A stretch of 64,000 nt of DNA from Fidelibacterota bacterium (GCA_013202495.1 JABMQQ010000067.1:7143-71142); one strand, 5' to 3'; shown: positions 16,406 to 25,146, numbered from the stretch's first letter. Notes: a model not told the origin generated them from the letters alone. Numbers and translations are program-made.

Positions 16406-17803
16406 TTAATACACCAAGGATAGTTTCACATTGGGCTGAATAGAATTTGCCTCTATCAAGAACTCAAGATGTCTTATGGGTTTAAACTGAAACACAAAAT
16501 TGAGACCAGCAGTATTCGAAGTTTCTGATACTGGCTCGACGATCCTACCTGTACTAAAATCTCGGATGCTTGCAATACTACCAGTGCTGTATTGAAGGTA
16601 GGTAGTGTACTCATAATCATATACCAGATCATAAGTCCATTTACTCTGAACGTAAAGGCCACCCACATACACTTTTAACCAGGGTTTTGGTGAAAAAACT
16701 GAAACAGCTACGCTTCCAAAGACTTGTGTATTTTGAATATTTTCCAGAGCCATGTATTTGCGACTAAATTCTTCAACTCTAGAAACTCCCGAACCAAACA
16801 CTAGGGTGTTAATTGTGCTGCCCTCCGGCATTACCTCTGAGGTTTGAAGGGGTAGTGACATGCCGGCAGAAAATCGAAGTGTATTGGGAAACATGAGCTT
16901 GCTTGACAAATCAACCGCGTAGTCAAGCGTAAGAATAATAGGGGAAACATCGAATCCTCCGACCACACGAGGATCCGTATGTAGGTTATTGAGCGTTATG
17001 CTTCTATCAATTGTATACCTTGCTGGATCAAGGTTCATTGCAAAGGAAAAACCGAGACGGTTGTAGGATGGATACAAAATCTCAAGATAATCTGCAATGA
17101 GTCCTGTCATTGAAAATCCAAAAGAAAAGGATTTTGGGGTTCCATCGTTGTTGTAGAGATACCAATAATCCAGCATGGCATCCACGTCTTTGAATGTTTT
17201 TGATGATCTTCCTTCTTTGAGCGCAATTGAAAAATCGTGGAAATCGTGGATTACCTCCTCATTCTGCTTTTCGACCAAGACAGTATAATCAACAGTTGAG
17301 TCGTAGGCTACAAAGCCCTCTTTGGTGCTATAATAGAAAGCGTAGTAATTGACTTTATTTGAATCTATGGGAAAGACAAAATCAGAGTTCTTTTGAGAGA
17401 TAGAATATTCATTTCCACGGTTTCGAAAATAGTCCTCTAGCTTTTTCTGGATAGGTTTTGACTCCAGTATTCCTTTTGTTTTATCCAGTTGATTATCATA
17501 CCAAAGGCTTCGTCTTTCCAGCATTTCTCCCCTTTTTGTATTATAAAAGATGCGATAGTCCTTTGTCGAGTCGACTGGAATGTTTGGGTCATATCGCAGG
17601 TTAAGATAGGTAATTGCATAGTAGATCAAGTCTGGATGGATACTGGCCATCACCTCTATGGACTCAAGCGCCCGATCGAGCTCAAACTCGTTTTCGTATA
17701 GAGCGGGGGGTAGCTGATTTTCAAGAAAGGTTTTTCGGTCGGCGAACAGGGATGAACTAAAGACAAAAAGTAATATCGTCAGAAAACAGTAGGGCAGCTT
17801 CAT
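16406..17803 (-). CDS. secreted protein of unknown function, paralog of 49603-50997
   Basis: Signal peptide. Shared blocks with the 464-aa ORF: HPDLIYYAITYLN/NPDIIYLYIRQLN, DYWYLYNNDG/NYWYLFDFNG, YDLVYDYEYTTY/YDFVYDGEYVVY, and a similar C-terminus. Confidence 0.6.
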   Translation of the reverse strand: MKLPYCFLTILLFVFSSSLFADRKTFLENQLPPALYENEFELDRALESIEVMASIHPDLIYYAITYLNLRYDPNIPVDSTKDYRIFYNTKRGEMLERRSLWYDNQLDKTKGILESKPIQKKLEDYFRNRGNEYSISQKNSDFVFPIDSNKVNYYAFYYSTKEGFVAYDSTVDYTVLVEKQNEEVIHDFHDFSIALKEGRSSKTFKDVDAMLDYWYLYNNDGTPKSFSFGFSMTGLIADYLEILYPSYNRLGFSFAMNLDPARYTIDRSITLNNLHTDPRVVGGFDVSPIILTLDYAVDLSSKLMFPNTLRFSAGMSLPLQTSEVMPEGSTINTLVFGSGVSRVEEFSRKYMALENIQNTQVFGSVAVSVFSPKPWLKVYVGGLYVQSKWTYDLVYDYEYTTYLQYSTGSIASIRDFSTGRIVEPVSETSNTAGLNFVFQFKPIRHLEFLIEANSIQPNVKLSLVY

Positions 17804-17968
17804 TATGAATCTCCGCTAGAAATAGAACGTTACTTAAAAACACGCTTTGTGCATTTGGAGGACATTCTCTGATGGTCAATTTTATCCCCCAGGTGGATAA
17901 TCAGTTCAGAAATAACAGAAAAGGATATGCCTATTTATGAGAACGGAGATATTTGAGGTCGGGGCGGT

Positions 17969-18178
17969 TCAACCCTCATCGTCCTCACCCTCTTCGTTTT
18001 CATTCTCACGCTTTTCTTTGTGGTATGAATTCAGAGCAGCACCGATGGCCAGTCCCACAGCAATTCCAACTGCAATGTTTCCCAGGGCTGCTCCCACACC
18101 CACGCCAAGCACGAATCCAATCCCGATATAGCTGGCAGGTCGTTTGTCTTTTTTCTCTTCTGTGGGTTCTGAATTCAT
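17969..18178 (-). CDS. small glycine-zipper membrane protein (copy 1)
   Basis: 69 aa. Charged N- and C-termini flank IGIGFVLGVGVGAALGNIAVGIAVGLAIGAAL. Paralog of 18270-18488. Confidence 0.6.
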   Translation of the reverse strand: MNSEPTEEKKDKRPASYIGIGFVLGVGVGAALGNIAVGIAVGLAIGAALNSYHKEKRENENEEGEDDEG

Positions 18179-18189
18179 CTGAATCCTCC

Positions 18190-18268
18190 AGTTATTGATT
18201 AAGCGCCACTAGATTTTTTTGTAAAGTTCCAGGGAATCTGGATTGGCCAGGGCTGACCGATTCGGACC
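18190..18268 (-). repeat. remnant copy of the acetoacetyl-CoA synthetase 3' end
   Basis: The minus strand reads PNRSALANPDSLELYKKI*, compared with the synthetase C-terminus QNRSALANPESLELYKNLEALNG*. There is a 17-19 nt identical core agccagggctgaccgattc. Confidence 0.8.
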
Positions 18269-18269
18269 C

Positions 18270-18488
18270 TCACTTCTCTTTGTCCTTTTCCGCACTGTCC
18301 TCATCAGGTTCCTTTATATCCTTTTTCCTTCGGTAGGAGTCCATGGCCACACCCATAGCAAGGCCGATAGCGATCCCCGCTCCAATATTTTCCACGGCAG
18401 CACCAATCGCGACCCCAATCGCGATTCCCGCACCGAGATACTGTCCAGGTCTTTTTCTTTTCTTCTCTGTTGTTGGTTCTGAACGCAT
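18270..18488 (-). CDS. small glycine-zipper membrane protein (copy 2)
   Basis: 72 aa: LGAGIAIGVAIGAAVENIGAGIAIGLAMGVAM flanked by charged termini. Confidence 0.6.
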   Translation of the reverse strand: MRSEPTTEKKRKRPGQYLGAGIAIGVAIGAAVENIGAGIAIGLAMGVAMDSYRRKKDIKEPDEDSAEKDKEK

Positions 18489-18502
18489 CCTAAAACTCCT
18501 GG

Positions 18503-20452
18503 TTATCCGTTTAGCGCCTCAAGGTTTTTATATAGCTCAAGGGATTCAGGATTAGCCAGGGCTGACCGATTCTGAACCTCTTTGCCTCCAATGATTTTTT
18601 TGACGGAAATCTCCACCTTTTTTCCGTTAATCGTATAGGGAATGTCAGCCGTCTCGAGAATAAGTGCCGGTACATGTCGCGGACTGCAGTTTTGCCGAAT
18701 AACCGTCTTCAGTTTTTTCACCAGAGCTTCATCCAGGACACCACCTTCTGGCAACTTGACAAAAAGGATCACGCGTTCGTCATCCTGCCAGGATTGACCC
18801 ACAACGAGACTATCTGCGATTTCAGGCAGGTTTTCGACGACAGTATAGATTTCAGCCGTACCAATACGTACGCCGCCGGGATTCAGGGTTGCATCTGAAC
18901 GACCATAAATGCGAATACCACCATGGTCGTTGATCTCAATAAAGTCTCCGTGACGCCAGATTCCAGGATAGTCAGCGAAGTAGGCGGAGTGGTATTTTTC
19001 GCCATCTGGATCATTCCAGAAAAAGACCGGCATGGATGGAAAGGCCTGAGTACAGACCAGCTCGCCATTTTCATTGAAGACACCTTCTCCGGCATCGTTA
19101 AAAGCTTCCACCTTCATTCCCAGACCACGACACTGTAGTTCCCCACGGTGGACCGGCAGGGCTGGATTGCCCAGAACAAAACAGGAAACAATGTCTGTTC
19201 CGCCTGAAATGGAAGCCAGGAGGACATCTTGCTTGATGTCGCGATAAACAAAATCAAAGCTTTCTTCTGAGAGCGGCGAACCTGTAGACAGGACTGCCCG
19301 CAAAGCAGACAGACTAAAATCCTGACCTGGTTTACAACCAGCCGACTCCAGAGCGTCCAAATATTTGGCGCTGGTCCCAAACACTGAGATATCGAGCTCC
19401 TCAGCCATTTTCCAGAGACCTTCCGGTCCGGGATAAAATGGATTTCCATCATACAGCACCAGGGTTGCCCCCACGGCCAGACTGCTAACCAGCCAGTTCC
19501 ACATCATCCAGCCACAGGTTGTAAAATAAAAAATGGTGTCATCCCGCTTCAAATCACAATGAAGCATCAATTCTTTCAGGTGCTGGATCAGGGTGCCACC
19601 GGCAGAATGAACAATGGATTTTGGAAGTCCTGTCGTACCAGATGAATACATGATATAGAGGGGATGATCAAAAGGCAGGGTGGTGAAACTTACTTCGGTG
19701 GCATGGTTATCGATGAAGTCGTCCCAGTGTATACTGTTGGGAACACCAGAAATATCAGCAGGCTGTGTATAACTGATGACCACCACTTTTTCCACTGAGG
19801 GTAATTCATGTAAAATATTTTGAAGTTTTTCAAGCGAATCAAATTGCCTGCCCCCGTAGAAGTATCCATCCGCTGCAAAAATGATTTTTGGTTCAATCTG
19901 GGAGAAACGATCGAGAACACCCCTAATACCAAAGTCTGGCGATGAAGATGACCAGATAGCGCCCAGGCTGGACGCAGCCAACATGGCGATAATGGTTTCA
20001 GGCAAATTGGGAATAAACCCGGCCACTCTGTCACCCCGGGTCACACCGGCGTCCTTCATGGCTTGAGCTGTCCTGGCGACCTGTGCGTAAAGCTGGCTGT
20101 ATGTCAAAGATCGTTTCACCTGGTCTTCACCGCGGAAATGAATGGCGATGCGTTCACCGCGATAGCGCAGCAGGTTTTCAGCATAATTCAGACGAGATCC
20201 CTGGAACCACTTTGCTCCAGGCATTTTCCTTAGATCATCCACGACCTCATCAGCTTCTGTTCTGGAAATGACCCCGCCAAGATTCCAGATCTCAGACCAG
20301 AATTCAGCGGCATGATCCAGCGACCATTGATAAAGATCATCATAGGAGTTCAGCTTGAGACCATATTTGGAATTTATATCGAGACGAAATTTAGTCATCT
20401 GAGCCTGATTCAGCTGGTCTTGTCCAGGTGTCCACATCACCTTATTTGTCAT
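18503..20452 (-). CDS. acetoacetyl-CoA synthetase (acetoacetate-CoA ligase)
   Basis: 649 aa. N-terminus MWTPGQDQLNQAQMTKF...YDDLYQWSLDHAAEFW is typical of this subfamily. It also has the AMP-binding motif YSSGTTGLPK. Confidence 0.85.
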   Translation of the reverse strand: MTNKVMWTPGQDQLNQAQMTKFRLDINSKYGLKLNSYDDLYQWSLDHAAEFWSEIWNLGGVISRTEADEVVDDLRKMPGAKWFQGSRLNYAENLLRYRGERIAIHFRGEDQVKRSLTYSQLYAQVARTAQAMKDAGVTRGDRVAGFIPNLPETIIAMLAASSLGAIWSSSSPDFGIRGVLDRFSQIEPKIIFAADGYFYGGRQFDSLEKLQNILHELPSVEKVVVISYTQPADISGVPNSIHWDDFIDNHATEVSFTTLPFDHPLYIMYSSGTTGLPKSIVHSAGGTLIQHLKELMLHCDLKRDDTIFYFTTCGWMMWNWLVSSLAVGATLVLYDGNPFYPGPEGLWKMAEELDISVFGTSAKYLDALESAGCKPGQDFSLSALRAVLSTGSPLSEESFDFVYRDIKQDVLLASISGGTDIVSCFVLGNPALPVHRGELQCRGLGMKVEAFNDAGEGVFNENGELVCTQAFPSMPVFFWNDPDGEKYHSAYFADYPGIWRHGDFIEINDHGGIRIYGRSDATLNPGGVRIGTAEIYTVVENLPEIADSLVVGQSWQDDERVILFVKLPEGGVLDEALVKKLKTVIRQNCSPRHVPALILETADIPYTINGKKVEISVKKIIGGKEVQNRSALANPESLELYKNLEALNG

Positions 20453-20463
20453 GTCTGGCTTCC

Positions 20464-20874
20464 CTATTCATCATCTGGTTTGACACGTGTACGAAGTTGC
20501 TTTACACGACTGCGTTTGGTTTTGGTTTCTAATCGTTTGTTCACGGATGCCCGTGTTGGCCGAGTGGCCTTGCGTTTCTTGGGCTCTATTTCAGCTTTCT
20601 CAATAATTTTTTCAAGTCTATCCAGGGCAGCCAGACGATTGGCTTCCTGATTGCGGAATTGCCTGGCAGTAATTATGATAACACCCTCTGCATTGATGCG
20701 CTGGTCACGCAATTTTAAGAGGCGCTCCTTGATATGATCAGGGAGGCTGGAATTCTGACTATCAAAACGGAGTTGAATGGCTGTGGCCACTTTATTGACG
20801 TTTTGCCCACCAGGTCCACCTGAGCGGATGGCTTTGAGCTCAAGCTCGCTTTCTGGAATTCTCAGGGGTGACAA
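20464..20874 (-). CDS. arfB: alternative ribosome-rescue factor ArfB (peptidyl-tRNA hydrolase)
   Basis: GGQ motif (SGGPGGQNVNKVATAIQLRF) plus a basic C-terminal tail; 136 aa. Confidence 0.9.
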   Translation of the reverse strand: MSPLRIPESELELKAIRSGGPGGQNVNKVATAIQLRFDSQNSSLPDHIKERLLKLRDQRINAEGVIIITARQFRNQEANRLAALDRLEKIIEKAEIEPKKRKATRPTRASVNKRLETKTKRSRVKQLRTRVKPDDE

Positions 20875-20880
20875 TGTGCT

Positions 20881-21738
20881 TTATACCACCGATGTTGAAA
20901 GCGTACCAAGAGCCTGGATCTCAATGTCAATATTCTGCCCACTACTTAGAACCAGATCTCTTTTGGAGGGACTACCGGAACATAAAAGATCACCAGCTCC
21001 CACATGGCTTGACCTGGCGTATTCAAGCATATCAGTGAAACTGAAATTCATCTCCTTTAGTCGGGTATCCACTTCTGTTTGGCCATTCAGACTGATTTGC
21101 ATGTCCATATTGAAACCATTTCCGATTTTTAATGAGTCAACTTGATCAGTAGTGACGAAATAGGGTCCCAGCGATGTGGCCTGGCCTAAGGCAAAACCGG
21201 TTTTACCAGAAGCTTTCTCCTGGGCAGCGGTCCAATTGTTCACAATGGTGTATCCGGCGATTTCTGGGTTCTCAGAATTTTTGCTGGCTGCCACGATGGC
21301 GGCGATTTCTCCCCGAGGTGATAGCCCTGTTGGGGTGAGTTCCTGTCTGTGACCCAGAAGCGTCTGGGTTTGTCCAAAATCAAAAGTATCTGGGGCTTCA
21401 TCCACAAAGGCATTGAAAAATCGAATACTTAGTGGGTCAGGGATGGGTGCGAAAAACACAATATCTTCTTCTGCCAATGCTACAGGTCGGGCATGGACTG
21501 AAAGACCTGATGTATCAATATTTTGGAAAGCGTCTTCCAGCTGAGTCAGTAGTGAAAAGGAGCGTTGCCAGATTTCCAGTGTCAGCTTCATGGATGAAGC
21601 CAGATTTAAAAATTCCTGAGCATTGCGGTCTTGCTTCATCCACAGAGAGGCCCGCATGACATCAATAGCCTGTCCTCCAAGGGAAAAGGCCAGCCGGGGT
21701 TCCATGCGATAATCCAGTGCATAGGAGAGTAGTTTCAT
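20881..21738 (-). CDS. fumarylacetoacetate hydrolase (FAH) family protein
   Basis: Size and N-terminal layout resemble the FAH family, with a C-terminal GAGDLLCSGSP-like motif. This is a weaker motif match. Confidence 0.5.
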   Translation of the reverse strand: MKLLSYALDYRMEPRLAFSLGGQAIDVMRASLWMKQDRNAQEFLNLASSMKLTLEIWQRSFSLLTQLEDAFQNIDTSGLSVHARPVALAEEDIVFFAPIPDPLSIRFFNAFVDEAPDTFDFGQTQTLLGHRQELTPTGLSPRGEIAAIVAASKNSENPEIAGYTIVNNWTAAQEKASGKTGFALGQATSLGPYFVTTDQVDSLKIGNGFNMDMQISLNGQTEVDTRLKEMNFSFTDMLEYARSSHVGAGDLLCSGSPSKRDLVLSSGQNIDIEIQALGTLSTSVV

Positions 21739-22036
21739 AAAAACATCCTGTATTATCCGCCTTCGCGTAGTACCATGGGTTCATCCATGGATAAATACAT
21801 TGAACCAGCTACGGTGCGAATTCGGGTAATGGTTTATACTCGAGTTTACCTGTGAGGCTCCAATAATCGTAAAAGATGCACCACAGGGCAGGTGGCTGAA
21901 AGAATTTTTAACAGAATTATTTGTCTCAAGTCACCCTAAAAGGCATGTTAATCTGAAGTTGCTAAAAGTATCTTTTTCGACTATTGGCCAGACGAATTAA
22001 TTAAGAGAAATTCAACCATTCCTATGATGAGGAAGC

Positions 22037-22588
22037 ATGCTTAAATCAGCCCTACTACTTATAGATGTACAAAAAGGTTTTGACAGCCCGCTGTGGGGAC
22101 AGCGGAACAATCCTGAGGCCGAATCAAATATCACAGCCCTGCTGGCTGAATGGCGTAAACATGGCGCGCCCATCATCCATGTGAAGCATTGTTCAGTTTC
22201 TTCGCAATTACCCCTCCACCCTGATCAACCGGGGAACGCCTTCAAGGATGAAGCAGCACCCATATCAGGAGAGCCAGAATTCACCAAATCAGTGAACAGC
22301 GCCTTTATCGGAACCGGTCTTGAGGATTATTTACACGAAAATGATCTGGGTTCTCTTGTCATTGTTGGTCTTACCACAGATCATTGTGTGTCCACATCAA
22401 CCCGCATGGCTGGAAATCTGGGTTTTGATGTGACCCTGGTTTCAGATGCCACAGCTACCTTTGATCGAAAAGACGCTGGGGGTGAACACATTAGCGCAGA
22501 AGATATGCATCGTGTGAATCTGGCCAGCTTAAATGGTGAGTTTTGCGTCGTGAAAACAACAAATGAAATCCTAAAGGCAATAAATTAA
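22037..22588 (+). CDS. cysteine hydrolase / isochorismatase family protein
   Basis: ALLLIDVQKGF and VIVGLTTDHCVSTS (catalytic Cys). Confidence 0.85.
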   Translation: MLKSALLLIDVQKGFDSPLWGQRNNPEAESNITALLAEWRKHGAPIIHVKHCSVSSQLPLHPDQPGNAFKDEAAPISGEPEFTKSVNSAFIGTGLEDYLHENDLGSLVIVGLTTDHCVSTSTRMAGNLGFDVTLVSDATATFDRKDAGGEHISAEDMHRVNLASLNGEFCVVKTTNEILKAIN

Positions 22589-22608
22589 AGACCAGGGGGC
22601 TCTCCATA

Positions 22609-23391
22609 GTGAGCAAGCTAACAAGCGATAATTTAGAAAGCTGGACCGAGCATTTTCAAAAGGGCTGGCTGAAAAACTTTGTTGACACCAAGAGCATTGA
22701 CTGGAAGCTCTATAAATATGTAAGGAATGAGCAGACTGTGGCGGGGAAAGGGCTTGATTTGTCTAAAGCCCGTCTCCTGCTTGTCTCCTCTTCAGGTGCC
22801 TACTTGCCCTCTAAGGATAAGCCCTTCCATGCTGCTAACCTTTTGGGTGATTACACCATTCGCACCTTTCCTGCCTCTACGCCTTTTTCAGAGCTTGAAT
22901 ACGCCCATGATCATTATGATCAAACCGCGGTGAGAAAGGATGCTCAGGTACTGCTTCCACTGAATCATCTGCGAGACCTGGTGGATAAAAAAGTTATTGG
23001 CAGTCTGAGTGAGACGGTGGTCAGTTTTATGGGCTATCAACCCTGGGTGGGTCGAGTGATCAAAAAAACCCTGCCTGCTATCCACAAGATTGTACAAGAA
23101 GAAGCCATAGATGCTGTTTTGCTGGTACCCTCCTGACCTCTGTGTTCTCAATCCGTGGGATTGATCGCCAGAGCATTGGAAGAAGCCGGAATAAGGACAA
23201 CGTTGACCAGTTGGAATGCTGGGATTATCCGTGGGATCAAACCGCCTCGTGCCACCATAACTGCATTACAGCGAGGCATGACCCTTGGGCATCCCCATGA
23301 TGAAGCCCAACAAAAGCGGGTTCTTATGGAAACACTTAAATTACTTGAACTGGATGCACCAGTGGATCTTGTGCGTCTCAATGAGAAGTAA
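22609..23391 (+). CDS. GrdB/PrdB-family selenoprotein B-like protein, candidate selenocysteine at TGA 23134-23136
   Basis: Two ORFs (22609-23136 and 23155-23391) are in the same frame, separated only by TGA. Read-through gives ...AIDAVLLVPS-U-PLCSQSVGLIARALEEAGIRTT..., a UxxC motif in a family-like context. There is a hairpin 12 nt downstream. Confidence 0.6.
23148..23164 (+). promoter_or_regulatory. candidate bacterial SECIS hairpin
   Basis: TCAATCC GUG GGATTGA: a 7-bp stem with a G-starting apical loop. The loop lies 21 nt from the U of UGA. Confidence 0.4.
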
Positions 23392-23400
23392 AATCAGCTC

Positions 23401-23889
23401 GTGAAGATCCGAACTGCTAAGAAACAAGATTTAATCCAGCTCGTTGAGATATACAATCAAGCTATAAAGGCACAAAGCACTGCCACTCTGGAGCCGGTTA
23501 CATTCAAGGATAGAAAGTCCTGGTTTGAGGATCATGGGCAGGATAAACATCCAATCCTCGTGGCTGAGTCCGAGAACCTCATTTTGGGATATCTATATCT
23601 AAGCCCCTATCGTCCCGGTCGCTCAGCTCTGAGGCAAACAGTCGAAGTAAGTTATTTTGTGGATTTTGACCATCACCACAAGGGAGTTGGTTCACTCCTT
23701 CTGAAAGCATGTCTGGAGAAATGCCCTGGTCTGGGTATAAAATCTCTTTTCGCGATCCTCCTGGAAACCAACGAAGCAAGTATCAACTTACTGAAAAAAC
23801 ATGGATTCGAGCAATGGGCACTTCTCCCTGATGTGGCGGAGATTGATGGTATAGAAGTGGGTCAGGTTTATTTTGGTCGAAAAGTTTAA
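23401..23889 (+). CDS. GNAT N-acetyltransferase, phosphinothricin/methionine-sulfoximine acetyltransferase-like
   Basis: IRTAKKQDLIQLVEIYNQAI...ATLEPVTFKDRKSWF N-terminus and HHHKGVGSLLL motif. Confidence 0.75.
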   Translation: MKIRTAKKQDLIQLVEIYNQAIKAQSTATLEPVTFKDRKSWFEDHGQDKHPILVAESENLILGYLYLSPYRPGRSALRQTVEVSYFVDFDHHHKGVGSLLLKACLEKCPGLGIKSLFAILLETNEASINLLKKHGFEQWALLPDVAEIDGIEVGQVYFGRKV

Positions 23890-23890
23890 C

Positions 23891-23940
23891 CAGAGAAAAA
23901 GCGAAGAAAAGCTGAGAAAAACTGAGAAAAACTGAGAAGG
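23891..23940. repeat. five imperfect 10-bp tandem repeats (nCTGAGAAAA)
   Basis: cagagaaaaa gcgaagaaaa gctgagaaaa actgagaaaa actgagaagg. The last unit supplies the AAGGAG RBS of blc. Confidence 0.8.
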
Positions 23941-23949
23941 AGTCATTCC

Positions 23950-24465
23950 ATGAGAAGAATTCTTGCGTTGACAATCCTAACATTTATTGTGATTGGTTGT
24001 GTAGAGGTTCCAGAAGGGATCACCCCTGTTAAAAATTTTAAGGTGAAGCGGTTTATGGGGACGTGGTATGAGATTGCCCGACTGGATCACCCTTTTGAGC
24101 TGGGCATGAATAGCGTCACCGCTAACTACTCCCTTGACTCAGATGGTGGAATCACGATTCAAAACAGTGGATACATGGTTAAGTGGGAAGAATGGAGATA
24201 TGCTGAAGCCAAAGCATCTTTTGTGGATGATAAAAAAACAGGATTTCTTAAGGTTTCCTACATATGGCCATTCTATGATCCCTATGTCATTTTCAAGCTG
24301 GAGCAGGACTATGATTATGCCTTTGTGTGTGGCAGGGACAGATCCTTCCTCTGGCTGCTATCCAGAACAGAATATGTGGATAGGGATGTCATCGATGAGT
24401 TTGAGGAAGAAGCTAAAAAGCTCGGGTTTGATACATCAGCGTTAATCTATGTTAATCACTTTTGA
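23950..24465 (+). CDS. blc: bacterial lipocalin (outer-membrane lipoprotein Blc)
   Basis: Lipobox VIGC, FMGTWYEIARLDHPFE and the YDYAFVCGRDRSFLWLLSR motif. Confidence 0.9.
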   Translation: MRRILALTILTFIVIGCVEVPEGITPVKNFKVKRFMGTWYEIARLDHPFELGMNSVTANYSLDSDGGITIQNSGYMVKWEEWRYAEAKASFVDDKKTGFLKVSYIWPFYDPYVIFKLEQDYDYAFVCGRDRSFLWLLSRTEYVDRDVIDEFEEEAKKLGFDTSALIYVNHF

Positions 24466-24621
24466 AATTCTTTTCGAGAACGAGATTAGAACATACCCGT
24501 GAGACCCTCCTAAACCTAGAAGGCGGAACTAAACACCTAGCAAGTTATATATGATGTAACAAAGCATGTGATATGAACACTAAGATATATAACATGACCG
24601 ATATTTAAGGATTATAAAATA

Positions 24622-25137
24622 ATGAAAGTTTTAATAATGATAGGTTTAACACTTTTTGGAATGGCATCAGGAGCAGATAATAAACTGACAGAGGGCAGCC
24701 CTGCTCCCGATTTTACCATGCAGGATCAGAATGGGAAATCCCACACACTCTCTGAGTATCAGGGTCAGCAGGTTGTGGTGTATTTTTACCCCAAGGACGA
24801 TACTCCAGGATGTACCAAAGAGGCCTGTTCAATTCGGGATGATTACACCCTGTTTGAAAAGAATGGCATCAAGGTCTTTGGTGTGAGTTATGATGATATG
24901 AAGAGCCACAAAAAATTTGCTGAGAAATATGATCTGCCTTTTACTCTACTGAGTGATTTGGATAAATCTGTGGCTGCAGCCTATGGTACCAAAGGGATTT
25001 TTGTCCCTTCAAGAAAGACATTCCTGATTGATGAGGCTGGCATGGTTCGCAAGATCTATGAGAATGTTACGGTTTCTGGACATGGAGCAGAGATTCTGGC
25101 AGACTTCGCAGCCATGGCTGCACCTGCCAAGGACTAA
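24622..25137 (+). CDS. bcp: peroxiredoxin (Bcp type) with N-terminal signal peptide
   Basis: APDFTMQDQNGK...VVVYFYPKDDTPGCTKEAC. The N-terminal MKVLIMIGLTLFGMASGA looks like a signal peptide. Confidence 0.88.
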   Translation: MKVLIMIGLTLFGMASGADNKLTEGSPAPDFTMQDQNGKSHTLSEYQGQQVVVYFYPKDDTPGCTKEACSIRDDYTLFEKNGIKVFGVSYDDMKSHKKFAEKYDLPFTLLSDLDKSVAAAYGTKGIFVPSRKTFLIDEAGMVRKIYENVTVSGHGAEILADFAAMAAPAKD

Positions 25138-25146
25138 TGCCCTATC

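Noticed and set aside
17937-18555. Plus-strand ORFs (64, 81, 79 and 70 aa) opposite the glycine-zipper genes.
   Set aside because: They are mirror-image reading frames of GC-rich Gly/Ala codon runs. The minus-strand genes have RBSs, paralogy and sensible topology.
21739-22036. The 298-bp divergent intergenic region was examined for an ncRNA or riboswitch (double NcoI-type palindrome CCATGGgttcatCCATGG, hairpin CCACagggcagGTGG).
   Set aside because: There is no extended conserved-looking structure and no match to any RNA family I can recognise. Most likely it holds two divergent promoters.
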